From Bacteroidota bacterium (GTDB lineage Bacteria; Bacteroidota; Bacteroidia; Chitinophagales; LD1), in the NCBI GenBank assembly GCA_026391075.1, contig JAPLES010000005.1, positions 72,660 to 136,659 of the forward strand: a DNA stretch of 64,000 nucleotides. Reading direction: 5' to 3'. The notes beneath the pieces were generated by a model. The model was not told the origin of the DNA. It ran no database searches and saw nothing but the letters and a program-made list of their open reading frames with translations. Shown piece after piece: positions 55,568-64,000 of the stretch. The position numbers and the translations under genes are program-made. Positions within the stretch are counted from its first letter, which is position 1. Each line of letters opens with the position of its first letter.

Positions 55568-56320
55568 TTACTTCACCATCACCTTCTTCACGCCCAAACC
55601 ATCTGCGGTTCGGTATTCAATAAAGTAAATGCCTCGCGCGTATTGACTGATGTCAATCGTGGTTTCATAAAAAGGAGAAGCGGTTTTTAGCGCATAAATA
55701 ATTCGACCCGTTATATCGCGCACATTTATTTCTCCATCTGTTTTCGCGGGTGAATTAAATCGCAATTCAAAAATTCCGTGGTTGGGGTTCGGATAAATCG
55801 AAAAAGTTTCAGCTAAAACAGAATTCTGTTTTTTAATACCTGTGGTTGTATTGGTACACACTTCACCGGAGTCAATTACAGTCAATGCATAGTCAGGTAA
55901 TGTTCCCGGAAAATTTGCTTTCAAATACCAAAACGGAGCAGCACCCGCGCTTGTGTATGCTGTGCCGTCATAAGTAATTTGGTAATAACCTACGGTATCG
56001 GAAGTAGTTCCCGAAACGTGTATGCACATTCTTCCTTCGGGGTGCATGATACCGTTCACAGGTGTAGCTACCTTTGTAATTCCCGTTGGCAAATTATGAA
56101 ACGCACTTACTTTGATAGAGTCTATGGTAATTCCACCAAGCGATGGCGGGCAAAATAATTGCAGCGTAATATCATAAGGCTGATTTCTGATTACACAGGG
56201 CAGTTCTTCAGATGGTGGTGCAAACAAATTGTAGTTGTTGGTGTCAATCACACACGATTGACTGAAAACACTACTAACAGAAACAAGAAGAACAAAAAAG
56301 AGGACTTGAAGTTTTTTCAT
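55568..56320 (-). CDS. Secreted hypothetical protein with T9SS CTD
   Basis: Signal peptide. C-terminal FSIYPNPNHGIFELRF...GIYFIEYRT...VKKVMVK. Confidence 0.65.
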   Translation of the reverse strand: MKKLQVLFFVLLVSVSSVFSQSCVIDTNNYNLFAPPSEELPCVIRNQPYDITLQLFCPPSLGGITIDSIKVSAFHNLPTGITKVATPVNGIMHPEGRMCIHVSGTTSDTVGYYQITYDGTAYTSAGAAPFWYLKANFPGTLPDYALTVIDSGEVCTNTTTGIKKQNSVLAETFSIYPNPNHGIFELRFNSPAKTDGEINVRDITGRIIYALKTASPFYETTIDISQYARGIYFIEYRTADGLGVKKVMVK

Positions 56321-56341
56321 TGGTATTTATTTGAAAAGCAT

Positions 56342-57292
56342 TTATACATGAGCAATAGCAGAAACATTCTCCAGCATATCCTTCGTCATCTTAGGCAAAG
56401 TAAATTCAGGTTTCCATCCCCAGTCTTTTTGTGCCACCGCATCATCAATACTCTGCGGCCAACTTTCGGCAATTGATTGGCGAAAATCGGGTTTGTAAGA
56501 AATAGAAAAATCAGGAATTGTCTTTTTGATTTCTGCGGCTACATCCTGCGGGGCAAAACTACATCCTGCAAAATTATATCCCGAACGCACCGTAATTTTT
56601 TCGGCAGGCGCTTCCATCATCTCAATCGTCCCGCGAATGGCATCGGGCATATACATCATGGGCAGTACCGTATCGTGTTTCAAAAAGCATTCATACTTTT
56701 TCTTTTCTGCCGCTTCAAAAAAAATATCTACCGCATAATCGGTAGTGCCGCCACCCGCTTTTGTTTTGTAGCTGATTAAACCCGGATAACGCAGCGAGCG
56801 CACATCCAATCCGCGCTTTTGAAAATACCAATCGCACCAGCGCTCACCTGCCTGCTTGCTGATGCCGTAAATCGTATTGGGTTCCATAACCGTGTATTGT
56901 GGTGTATTTACTTTAGGCGTTGTTGGTCCAAACACAGCAATGGTAGAAGGGAAAAATAATTTCTTCACTCCGTTTTCGGTGCAAACATCAAGCACGTTGC
57001 GCAAACCTTTCATGTTCACGCGCCAGGCAAACTCCGGATTTTTTTCTCCTGTGGCAGAAAGTATAGCCGCTAAATGATAAATCTGGTTGACGTTGAAACG
57101 CTTTACAAAATCAGCAAGACCATTTTTGTAAAGCACATCAAGGCGCACAAAATCTCCGCCTTCTTTTAATTCGGGAGTTCCGTCTTTAAGGTCAGAAGCA
57201 ATTACAGTTTTATAAATTTTTCGAAGTGCCAGAACCAATTCGGTTCCGAGTTGACCTCCTGCACCGGTTACAAGTATCGTGTCTGAATGCAT
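56342..57292 (-). CDS. NAD-dependent epimerase/dehydratase family protein, L-threonine 3-dehydrogenase-like
   Basis: ILVTGAGGQLGTELVLALRKIY Rossmann motif and YGISK (YxxxK). Length and overall pattern fit SDR-type TDH. Confidence 0.65.
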   Translation of the reverse strand: MHSDTILVTGAGGQLGTELVLALRKIYKTVIASDLKDGTPELKEGGDFVRLDVLYKNGLADFVKRFNVNQIYHLAAILSATGEKNPEFAWRVNMKGLRNVLDVCTENGVKKLFFPSTIAVFGPTTPKVNTPQYTVMEPNTIYGISKQAGERWCDWYFQKRGLDVRSLRYPGLISYKTKAGGGTTDYAVDIFFEAAEKKKYECFLKHDTVLPMMYMPDAIRGTIEMMEAPAEKITVRSGYNFAGCSFAPQDVAAEIKKTIPDFSISYKPDFRQSIAESWPQSIDDAVAQKDWGWKPEFTLPKMTKDMLENVSAIAHV

Positions 57293-57337
57293 AAATGCTT
57301 TGTGATAATTTTATCCCCGAGTCCTCACCGTTCTCTT

Positions 57338-57400
57338 TGTCATGCTGAGTTTGTCGAAGCATTTTCCTTCTTCAAACCCTTCGACAAGCTCAGGGTGACA
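57338..57400. repeat. REP-like palindromic element, family A (copy 2, inverted relative to copy 1)
   Basis: TGTCATGCTGAGTTTGTCGAAGC - 17 nt - CCTTCGACAAGCTCAGGGTGACA. The arms differ from the reverse complement of 4031-4093 at one position, and the spacer has the same length but a different sequence. Confidence 0.75.
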
Positions 57401-57412
57401 TTTCGCTTTCGT

Positions 57413-60400
57413 TTATCTAATCAACGTTGAACTTCCTTTGTCATCTGCGGCAACACCATTGTTGTAAACCACATGATAAACATAAATATAAGTGCCCACC
57501 GGCTGCTCTTTGCCACGGAAAACTCCATCCCATCCATCACCAGTTTGCATGTTCAGGTTTTCATAAACCATTTCGCCCCAACGATTAAAAACTCTGAACT
57601 GCAATTGTTGCACGTTCTTCATAATTGCAACCAAGCGGTCGTTTACATTATCACCATTCGGTGAAAATGCAGAAGGCACAAGCACTCTGTTTTTATCGCC
57701 CTGACATGTAGTAGGATTAGTAGTCGGTTCGCGTAGCGAATCCTGTGCCGCTGCCTGACAGCCGTTGGCATCAGTCACTATTACCGTGTAAAAACCTTTA
57801 CCTATTTTTTCTACATGCGAAGTAGTATCGAATGGCGAAGTGTTCCATGCGAAAGTAAAGGGACCAGTTCCTCCGCTTGTGTTTGCTACCACAGCACCCG
57901 ATGAATCGCCAATGCAATTAGGATCAACGGTAACAATGCTTACGGTGAATGGCGAAGGTGCGCTCACTCCAATGTTAGAACTTGCTGAGCAGGAATTTAA
58001 ATCAGTAGCAGTAACCGAATAAGTTCCTGTAGCCACTTGCGGACTTTGTTGTGCTGAAGTAAATCCTCCTGTGCCCGACCAGTTAAACGTAAATGGAGAA
58101 GTTCCTCCGGTTACCGTTGTCGTAATAACTCCGTTGGCAGAATCAGAACACAAAGGTTCAGTAGAACTGAGTTGAATATTTATTTCGGCAGGCGAAGTAA
58201 TGGTTCCTGTAAGAATTGAATCGCATCCGTTAGCATCCTGAATAACTATAGAGAATGGACCTGCATCTAAACTGTTCACACTTGAAGAAGTAGAAAAATT
58301 ACTCCAGAAATAAGTGTAAGGTGAAGTTTCACCGCTCACATTTACCGAAGCTGTTCCATCAGTTGCTCCATAGCAAAGTAAATTTGTTGAAGTAAGAACA
58401 ATAGCAAAAGGAGTTGGTTCGCTCAATGTTGCGCTTGACGAAACACTGCATCCGTTGGCGTCAGTCACTGTTACTGTATGCGTTCCTGCTTTTACGTTAT
58501 TCAGATTTTGTGTGGTTGCATTTGTAGGTGACCACAAATAGCCGTAAGGTTGAACACCTCCGCCTACGGTTACGTTTACAATTCCATCACTTCCGGCATT
58601 GCAGCGCGGGTTAAACGTGAAAGGAATAGTTGAAGTAAGAAGTGTTGGCTCTGTAACGGTGTAAGTGTTTCCTGCTGTGCAACCAACGTTGTCAGTCACC
58701 GTAATCGTATAAGTTCCGGGTCCGAGATTTGGATTGTCTTCTGTAACAACAGAATTATTTGACCAGGCAAATTGCAAAGGACTTTGACCACCTGTTGAAG
58801 TGAGATACACACCACCATTTGCTGCACCAAAACATTGTACATCGTTCAAGCTGTCAAGTGTGATAATTACCGTAGTTGTGTTTGCTACATTTACTGTTGC
58901 CGATGCGGTGCATCCACCAAAATCAGTAACGGTTACGTTGTAATTTCCCACACAAAGCAAAACTGCATTTGCTAATTGCTGTGGCGGATTCGAATTCCAT
59001 GCATAAGAATATGGAGTAGTTCCTCCCGTTGCTGTTGCACTTGCCGAGCCATCACAAGCTCCACCGCAGGTAACAGGATTTCCGTTTGCAGTAACACCAA
59101 TTTGTGCCGGAACATTAATAGTTACCGAAGCACTTGCCTGACATCCTTTTGAATCAGTAACAGTTAAACCGTAATTTCCTCCGGCTAAACCCGTTTGAGA
59201 AGTTACGTTACCCGCACTGTTGCTCCAGGTATAACTAAAAGGAGCAAGTCCACCTTGAAGGGTTGAAGCAATTTGTCCGTCAGTTCCGTTAAAGCACGAA
59301 ACATCTTGCTTGGTTAACGCCACCGCAAAAACAAAATTCGGATTGTCGGTTAATGAAAGTGTGAACGTTCCCATATCCGTAGCACTGGCTCCATCTACCA
59401 CTAAATAATAATCGCCTGGCTGACAAATAGAATAGTTGATGAGCGATTGATTTCCGCAGCCGTTATCATCTGAAGTATCGGCAGTAGCAAGTCCACAGCC
59501 GCTGAATAAATAAAGGTAGCTGTCGAACTGCGCACCGTTCACTCCACAAAGCGAAGCGGTAATTCCAATCGTACCGTTTACATGAAATTTGTACCAAACA
59601 TCGTTACCCGGTGAAAGCGTATTGGTATTTGAATAACACTCGTTGCTGTTGTAATGCGAAAGCGTTGTTCCGCTCGTAAGCGTTCCCAAATCAATAGGGT
59701 TAGCACATGAAGTTCCTTTGGTGTATTGCCAATAGCTTTCAATGCTTGGGTGGTAAAAATCGTTAGGACCTGTATTGCCGTTTACATAACCGTGACTATA
59801 CCATTGACAAGGCGGACCTAGGCGGTAATTCATGTTGGTTTTATAAACCGGCACATCGTTATTGTAATCATCTTCTTCGCTAAACAAACAACCTATAAAA
59901 GGAATATTTGCACAACAACTCGAGGCCTCATAACTGCAACGGCCTCCACTACTTCCGCAAGGAGTTAACCCGCTAATGATGGCAAAATCGGAAGGGATAT
60001 CATCTTCGAAACAGTTCTCTTTTATTTCAAAAAATTGAGGAACTGTAGCACCTGGATAGGTATAGTTATACAAAACCAAATTGTAATCGTTTGAATATTC
60101 GGGACCGCCAACCGTCATTGGCAAATCTGCCTGCAAACAACCACTTCCCTGCCAACCTATACCGCTAATGTTTCCCTTGTCTTGCGCTGAATAATAAAAC
60201 GTAAATTCATCACCTGCCAACGAACCTGGCAAATTGAAATTACCAACCTGAAGAGTTACTCCATCGCGATTATTGGCACTTGGATATTGCACCTTTACAT
60301 CGCGAAGGCGAACCTGCAATTGAATAGGTCCGTCATTTAAAGTTTGAGCGGGTAAATTTTCGAATACAGCTAGGAATAAAAACGCTGCTGAAAATAGTTT

Positions 60401-60415
60401 GTAGAAATTCTTCAT
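57413..60415 (-). CDS. Large cell-surface adhesin with an N-terminal PPC-like domain, seven SprB repeats and a type B T9SS (gliding-associated) C-terminal domain
   Basis: Seven repeats of C-x-G-x-x-[DN]-G...GG-x-x-P-[FY]-x-[FY]-x-W-[SN]...VTVTD-x-x-GC. C-terminal VPSAFSPNGDNVNDRL...FNRWGEMVYE...GWDG..RGKEQPVGTYIYV. Confidence 0.85.
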   Translation of the reverse strand: MKNFYKLFSAAFLFLAVFENLPAQTLNDGPIQLQVRLRDVKVQYPSANNRDGVTLQVGNFNLPGSLAGDEFTFYYSAQDKGNISGIGWQGSGCLQADLPMTVGGPEYSNDYNLVLYNYTYPGATVPQFFEIKENCFEDDIPSDFAIISGLTPCGSSGGRCSYEASSCCANIPFIGCLFSEEDDYNNDVPVYKTNMNYRLGPPCQWYSHGYVNGNTGPNDFYHPSIESYWQYTKGTSCANPIDLGTLTSGTTLSHYNSNECYSNTNTLSPGNDVWYKFHVNGTIGITASLCGVNGAQFDSYLYLFSGCGLATADTSDDNGCGNQSLINYSICQPGDYYLVVDGASATDMGTFTLSLTDNPNFVFAVALTKQDVSCFNGTDGQIASTLQGGLAPFSYTWSNSAGNVTSQTGLAGGNYGLTVTDSKGCQASASVTINVPAQIGVTANGNPVTCGGACDGSASATATGGTTPYSYAWNSNPPQQLANAVLLCVGNYNVTVTDFGGCTASATVNVANTTTVIITLDSLNDVQCFGAANGGVYLTSTGGQSPLQFAWSNNSVVTEDNPNLGPGTYTITVTDNVGCTAGNTYTVTEPTLLTSTIPFTFNPRCNAGSDGIVNVTVGGGVQPYGYLWSPTNATTQNLNNVKAGTHTVTVTDANGCSVSSSATLSEPTPFAIVLTSTNLLCYGATDGTASVNVSGETSPYTYFWSNFSTSSSVNSLDAGPFSIVIQDANGCDSILTGTITSPAEINIQLSSTEPLCSDSANGVITTTVTGGTSPFTFNWSGTGGFTSAQQSPQVATGTYSVTATDLNSCSASSNIGVSAPSPFTVSIVTVDPNCIGDSSGAVVANTSGGTGPFTFAWNTSPFDTTSHVEKIGKGFYTVIVTDANGCQAAAQDSLREPTTNPTTCQGDKNRVLVPSAFSPNGDNVNDRLVAIMKNVQQLQFRVFNRWGEMVYENLNMQTGDGWDGVFRGKEQPVGTYIYVYHVVYNNGVAADDKGSSTLIR

Positions 60416-60562
60416 AGAGAGCTGGTTTTTTCGGTGCGTAAAAGTAAATTTTTCAATCTGCTTTCAGCATTTTTCATTGGCTCGTTTTCTAAATTCCAAA
60501 TTTTCAAATTCCTTCTTTGCCAAATAGTAAATTCAAGTAGGTTTGCCGCCTTAATTTTTGCC

Positions 60563-61801
60563 ATGATAAAATTTGAAGAAACCGTTTTGAAAAACGGGTT
60601 GAAAATAATTGTTCATGAAGATACAGCCACCACTATGGCGGCAGTGAACATTTTGTATAAAGTAGGCTCGCGCGATGAAGATATTCAGCAAACGGGCTTC
60701 GCACATTTGTTTGAGCATTTCATGTTTGAAGGCTCGAAAAATATTCCTGAGTTCGACACGCCTTTGCAAAATGCCGGTGGCGAAAACAATGCCTTTACTT
60801 CTACAGACATTACCAACTACTACGACATTCTTCCTGCTAATAATCTCGAAACTGCTTTTTGGCTAGAGAGCGACAGAATGCTTTCACTCGCTTTTGATGA
60901 AGAGAGTTTGAACACGCAGAAAAATGTAGTGATGGAGGAATTCAAAGAGCATTACATCAATCAGCCGTACGGAGATGTGTGGCATAAGATGTGCGCGCTG
61001 GCTTATAAAGTTCACCCTTATCAGTGGCCTGTTATTGGTTTGAACCTGGAACATATTGAACAGGTGAAAATGCAATCGGCAAAAGATTTCTTCTTCAAAT
61101 ATTATCGTCCGAACAATGCGGTGTTGGTGGTGGGCGGCAATGTAAAAGCCAATGAAGTTTTCGCTTTAGCCGAAAAATGGTTTGGTGAAATTCCTTCAGG
61201 TGAAAAAATTACTCGCAACCTCCCTAAGGAACCGATTCAAAACGAGGAAAGGATTTTGGAAGTGAAAGCCGATGTGCCGGTTCATTCCATTTACAAAGCT
61301 TACAAAATAGGCACCCGCAACTCGGCTGATTTTTACGCGACTGATTTGCTGCGTGATATTTTAAGCAATGGCGATTCCTCGCGTTTGTATCGTCAACTGG
61401 TGAAAGAAGAAAAACTATTCAGCAGCATTAGTGCCTACGGAACGGATAGCATAGACGAAGGACTTCTTTTGGTGGAGGGAAAGTTGAGCAAAGATATTTC
61501 AATGGATGTTGCTGAAAAGGCTATTGAAAAAGTGCTCCATGAAATGACACAGGAAAAAATTTCGGATGATGAATTAGAGAAAGTGAAAAACAAAATAGAA
61601 GCATACATGGTGTTCAGCGAAGTAAATGTGCTGAACCGCGTAATGAATCTCGCTTACTTCGAAATGCTGGGCAATGCTGCTGATGTAAATAACGAAGCTG
61701 AAAAATACCGTGCAGTAACTGCCGAACAAATGCAGGCAGCCGCAGCTAAAGTTTTCAGAAAAGAGAACTGCAATACGATTAGATATTTTTCGAATAATTA
61801 A
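60563..61801 (+). CDS. M16 family zinc peptidase (active subunit)
   Basis: Inverted zinc motif HLFEH in GFAHLFEHFMFEGS. ATG at 60563 (MIKFEETVLKNGLKIIVHED). Confidence 0.85.
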   Translation: MIKFEETVLKNGLKIIVHEDTATTMAAVNILYKVGSRDEDIQQTGFAHLFEHFMFEGSKNIPEFDTPLQNAGGENNAFTSTDITNYYDILPANNLETAFWLESDRMLSLAFDEESLNTQKNVVMEEFKEHYINQPYGDVWHKMCALAYKVHPYQWPVIGLNLEHIEQVKMQSAKDFFFKYYRPNNAVLVVGGNVKANEVFALAEKWFGEIPSGEKITRNLPKEPIQNEERILEVKADVPVHSIYKAYKIGTRNSADFYATDLLRDILSNGDSSRLYRQLVKEEKLFSSISAYGTDSIDEGLLLVEGKLSKDISMDVAEKAIEKVLHEMTQEKISDDELEKVKNKIEAYMVFSEVNVLNRVMNLAYFEMLGNAADVNNEAEKYRAVTAEQMQAAAAKVFRKENCNTIRYFSNN

Positions 61802-61883
61802 TTCTACACGAAGGCGCCAAGACGCGAAGCGAGCAAATCTGTATTCTTTGTGTCTTTGCGACTTTGTGTAAATAAAAAATAAC

Positions 61884-63155
61884 ATGAACCGACAACTCGC
61901 CCCAGAAATAAATCTTATTGACTCTATCACTTTCCCGAATGTAGAACAACTTAAACTCGACAATGGTGTTCCGGTTTATTTGTTGAACGAAGGCGTGCAG
62001 GACGTGGTAAAAATTGAATTGATGTTCAAAGCAGGCAAATGGTTTGAGTCGAAAAATTTGATTGCCGATTTTACGAACCGAATGTTGCGCGAGGGAACAA
62101 AAAATTATTCCGCAAAACAAATTGCCGATACGTTCGATTACTACGGAGCTAACTTCAACACTTCATCTGGATTTGAAACAGCGGGGGCATCGCTGTTTTC
62201 TTTGACCAAGCATATTGATTTACTGCTCCCGGTCTTTGCCGAAATATTTACCGAATCTGTTTTCCCTGAAAATGAATTGAACACTATTCTCAGCAATCGC
62301 ACGCAACGCCTCTCGGTTGATTTAAAGAAAAATGATTTTCTGGCGAACAGAGATTTTCTGAATGCGCTTTTCGGCAAAAATCATCCTTACGGAAGAGTGT
62401 CGGAGTTTGAGCATTTCGAAAATATTTTTGTGGATGATTTAAAAGCCTTCTACAAAAGTTATTACAGCGCAACTAACCTCACCATTCTTGTGGCAGGAAA
62501 ATTTTCTCCATCTCTTGTTGAGCAACTCAATAAATATTTCGGCAGCAAAAATTTATTGCGCGATGTGCCTGCTGCTCCAATAGATTACGCGATTGAATCT
62601 TCTGCTGAACGTATTCATCATACCGAAAAATCTGATTCCGTTCAAAGTGCCATTATCATCGGTAACATGAGCATCAACAAAACGCACCCTGATTTTTTAA
62701 AACTTTCTGTGCTTAATACTGTGTTTGGCGGCTACTTCGGTTCGCGACTCATGAGTAATATACGCGAAGAGAAAGGATACACTTACGGTATCTATTCTTC
62801 GTTTGCTTCTTATCCTCATGCGGGCTTTATTGAAATTGCTTCTGAGGTTGGAAAAGATGTGCGCGATGCCACGCTCAAAGAAATTCAGCACGAAATAAAT
62901 GTACTGCGCACCGAACTGATTGATGAGGAAGAATTGCAAGTGGTAAAAAATTACATGAGCGGAAAAATTTTGCGCAGCATTGATGGACCTCTTAAATTTT
63001 CTGAAACACTGAAAGGATTACTCATCTATAATCAGGATGTAAGCTACATTGACCAATTACTCAAAACCGTTCGCGAAGTTACAAGCGATGAACTCCTTCA
63101 ACTCGCTCAAAAATATTTCGACTACGATAAAATGTATAAGGTAACGGTGGGGTAG
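61884..63155 (+). CDS. M16 family peptidase-like protein (no HxxEH, likely non-catalytic partner)
   Basis: M16 fold blocks (LDNGVPVYLL, REEKGYTYGIYS) without the zinc motif. It lies immediately downstream of the active subunit. Confidence 0.78.
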   Translation: MNRQLAPEINLIDSITFPNVEQLKLDNGVPVYLLNEGVQDVVKIELMFKAGKWFESKNLIADFTNRMLREGTKNYSAKQIADTFDYYGANFNTSSGFETAGASLFSLTKHIDLLLPVFAEIFTESVFPENELNTILSNRTQRLSVDLKKNDFLANRDFLNALFGKNHPYGRVSEFEHFENIFVDDLKAFYKSYYSATNLTILVAGKFSPSLVEQLNKYFGSKNLLRDVPAAPIDYAIESSAERIHHTEKSDSVQSAIIIGNMSINKTHPDFLKLSVLNTVFGGYFGSRLMSNIREEKGYTYGIYSSFASYPHAGFIEIASEVGKDVRDATLKEIQHEINVLRTELIDEEELQVVKNYMSGKILRSIDGPLKFSETLKGLLIYNQDVSYIDQLLKTVREVTSDELLQLAQKYFDYDKMYKVTVG

Positions 63156-63221
63156 TTTATGGAATTTTGAAACCCGCTCATCTCATTACTGAATCTATTT
63201 TCTAATCCAAAATTTTCAGTT

Positions 63222-64000
63222 ATGAGAACTCAACCTAAAATTTTCGTTTCCGTCCTCTCCATCTTTCTTCTCTTTTCCGCTTTCGCTTTTCGAACTGTTA
63301 TTCCCTGTACCGTCAGCGGAACAGTTATTGAAAAAGGAACCACAGACCCTGTTATTTCCGCAGCTGTTATACTGAACCAAAACGGCAAGCCATTGCAAAC
63401 CGCACTTACCGATGCCAATGGTAAATTCTGTTTTCAAAACGTAGCTGATGGCAACTACCGCTTAGATGTGAAATATGTGGGCTTCAGCTCTTTTACATCT
63501 AACATCTTGGTAAAAGATGGAAAGTGCAATGCACTCAAAATTGAAATGGAGGCATCGCATCAAAAAGTTGATGAAGTAGTTATTACTACAAGTAAAGTAA
63601 CACAAGCAGAAGAGCAGTCCATTTCTTATGGTGCTATTGCGCCTATGTCGCTTACAAATGCTTCTCTCTCTCGTAGCGTAGGTTACGGAAAACTCCGAAA
63701 CAAAAACTATGAAAGATACGCTGACGCTGCGCCTGCACCGGTTTACGATTGGATAGATGATGGCAATGTAAAAGACAAAAAAGAGAAAACTGAACCTGAA
63801 GAATTCAATACCGAAGACTACGACCGCATTGTAGAAAATGAATTTCAAAAACCTACCGACCGTGCACTCTCTACCTTTTCAATTGACGTGGATGTGGCTT
63901 CGTATGGAATACTTCGCAAGAAATTAGATGCAGGACAAACGCCACCAAAAGAATCCATTCGCCTCGAAGAAATGATTAACTACTTCACTTACGATTACGC
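63222..64000 (+). CDS. vWA-domain protein (YfbK-like) with a CarboxypepD_reg-like N-domain, 3' end outside the window
   Basis: The ORF is open from the ATG at 63222 to the window end, so it is absent from the ORF track. VSGTVIEKGTTDPVISAAVIL...TDANGKFCF is the regulatory-like domain. ALSTFSIDVDVASYGILRKKLDAGQTPPKESIRLEEMINYF is the N-terminal signature of YfbK-type vWA proteins. Confidence 0.7.
   Translation, partial: MRTQPKIFVSVLSIFLLFSAFAFRTVIPCTVSGTVIEKGTTDPVISAAVILNQNGKPLQTALTDANGKFCFQNVADGNYRLDVKYVGFSSFTSNILVKDGKCNALKIEMEASHQKVDEVVITTSKVTQAEEQSISYGAIAPMSLTNASLSRSVGYGKLRNKNYERYADAAPAPVYDWIDDGNVKDKKEKTEPEEFNTEDYDRIVENEFQKPTDRALSTFSIDVDVASYGILRKKLDAGQTPPKESIRLEEMINYFTYDY

Noticed and set aside
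57900-59400. Regularly spaced ~230-nt repeats that might be mistaken for an array-type element.
   Set aside because: They are the in-frame SprB repeats of a single 1000-aa adhesin ORF. The units are divergent at the nucleotide level with no unique spacers, so this is not CRISPR-like.
60470-60520. Short AT-rich tandem-like strings (AAATTCCAAATTTTCAAATTCC here, ATTTTCAAATTTTCAAC near 36400), considered as regulatory repeats.
   Set aside because: They are too short and low-complexity to separate from background AT-rich promoter sequence by eye. I also could not find convincing TTG/TAnnTTTG Bacteroidota promoter matches at fixed spacing, so no promoter features are reported.
1-64000. Search for mobile-element, phage or defence hallmarks (transposase, integrase, reverse transcriptase, restriction/modification, Cas, toxin nucleases) and for rRNA, tmRNA, RNase P or riboswitch-sized non-coding gaps.
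   Set aside because: No translated ORF shows such motifs. The two methyltransferases lack DNA-MTase motifs (no DPPY/NPPY or PC-ENV). All intergenic gaps are under about 420 nt and are accounted for by the tRNA, REP elements, hairpins or promoter regions.

Overview
The window looks like an ordinary chromosomal segment of a Bacteroidota bacterium. Supporting signs are many type A T9SS C-terminal sorting domains (FPNPA...KKLVIQK type), one type B/gliding C-terminal domain behind SprB repeats, GH92 mannosidases, CarboxypepD_reg TonB-dependent receptors and several short palindromic REP-like intergenic elements. I count about 50 protein-coding genes and one tRNA-Leu(CAG). I found no rRNA, CRISPR array, transposase, integrase or recognisable phage or defence gene. 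Content falls into three groups. Housekeeping genes are atpG, scpB, uvrA, comM/yifB, ctaA, beta-carbonic anhydrase and an M16 peptidase pair. Secreted T9SS cargo includes an M23 peptidase, esterases, an SGNH hydrolase and adhesins. There is also a mannoside-degradation cluster (GH92, six-hairpin GH-like, GH3, GH92). The most unusual items are as follows. (1) A 755-aa single ORF fuses a CrtC/AttH-type hydratase domain to a eukaryote-like type III GGPP-synthase domain. (2) A roughly 570-bp insert carrying two overlapping small ORFs sits at the 3' end of the second GH92 gene, bracketed by 26-bp direct repeats that duplicate the GH92 C-terminal codons. (3) A 7-nt tandem repeat (4.6 copies) lies inside the heme A synthase gene. 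(4) An esterase / TonB-receptor / esterase / SGNH locus has a second esterase paralog that appears to have lost its nucleophile Ser and catalytic His. (5) At least two REP-like palindrome families are present, plus a similar hairpin in frame inside a coding region. All protein calls rest on motifs read by eye from the supplied translations. No database search or alignment program was run.
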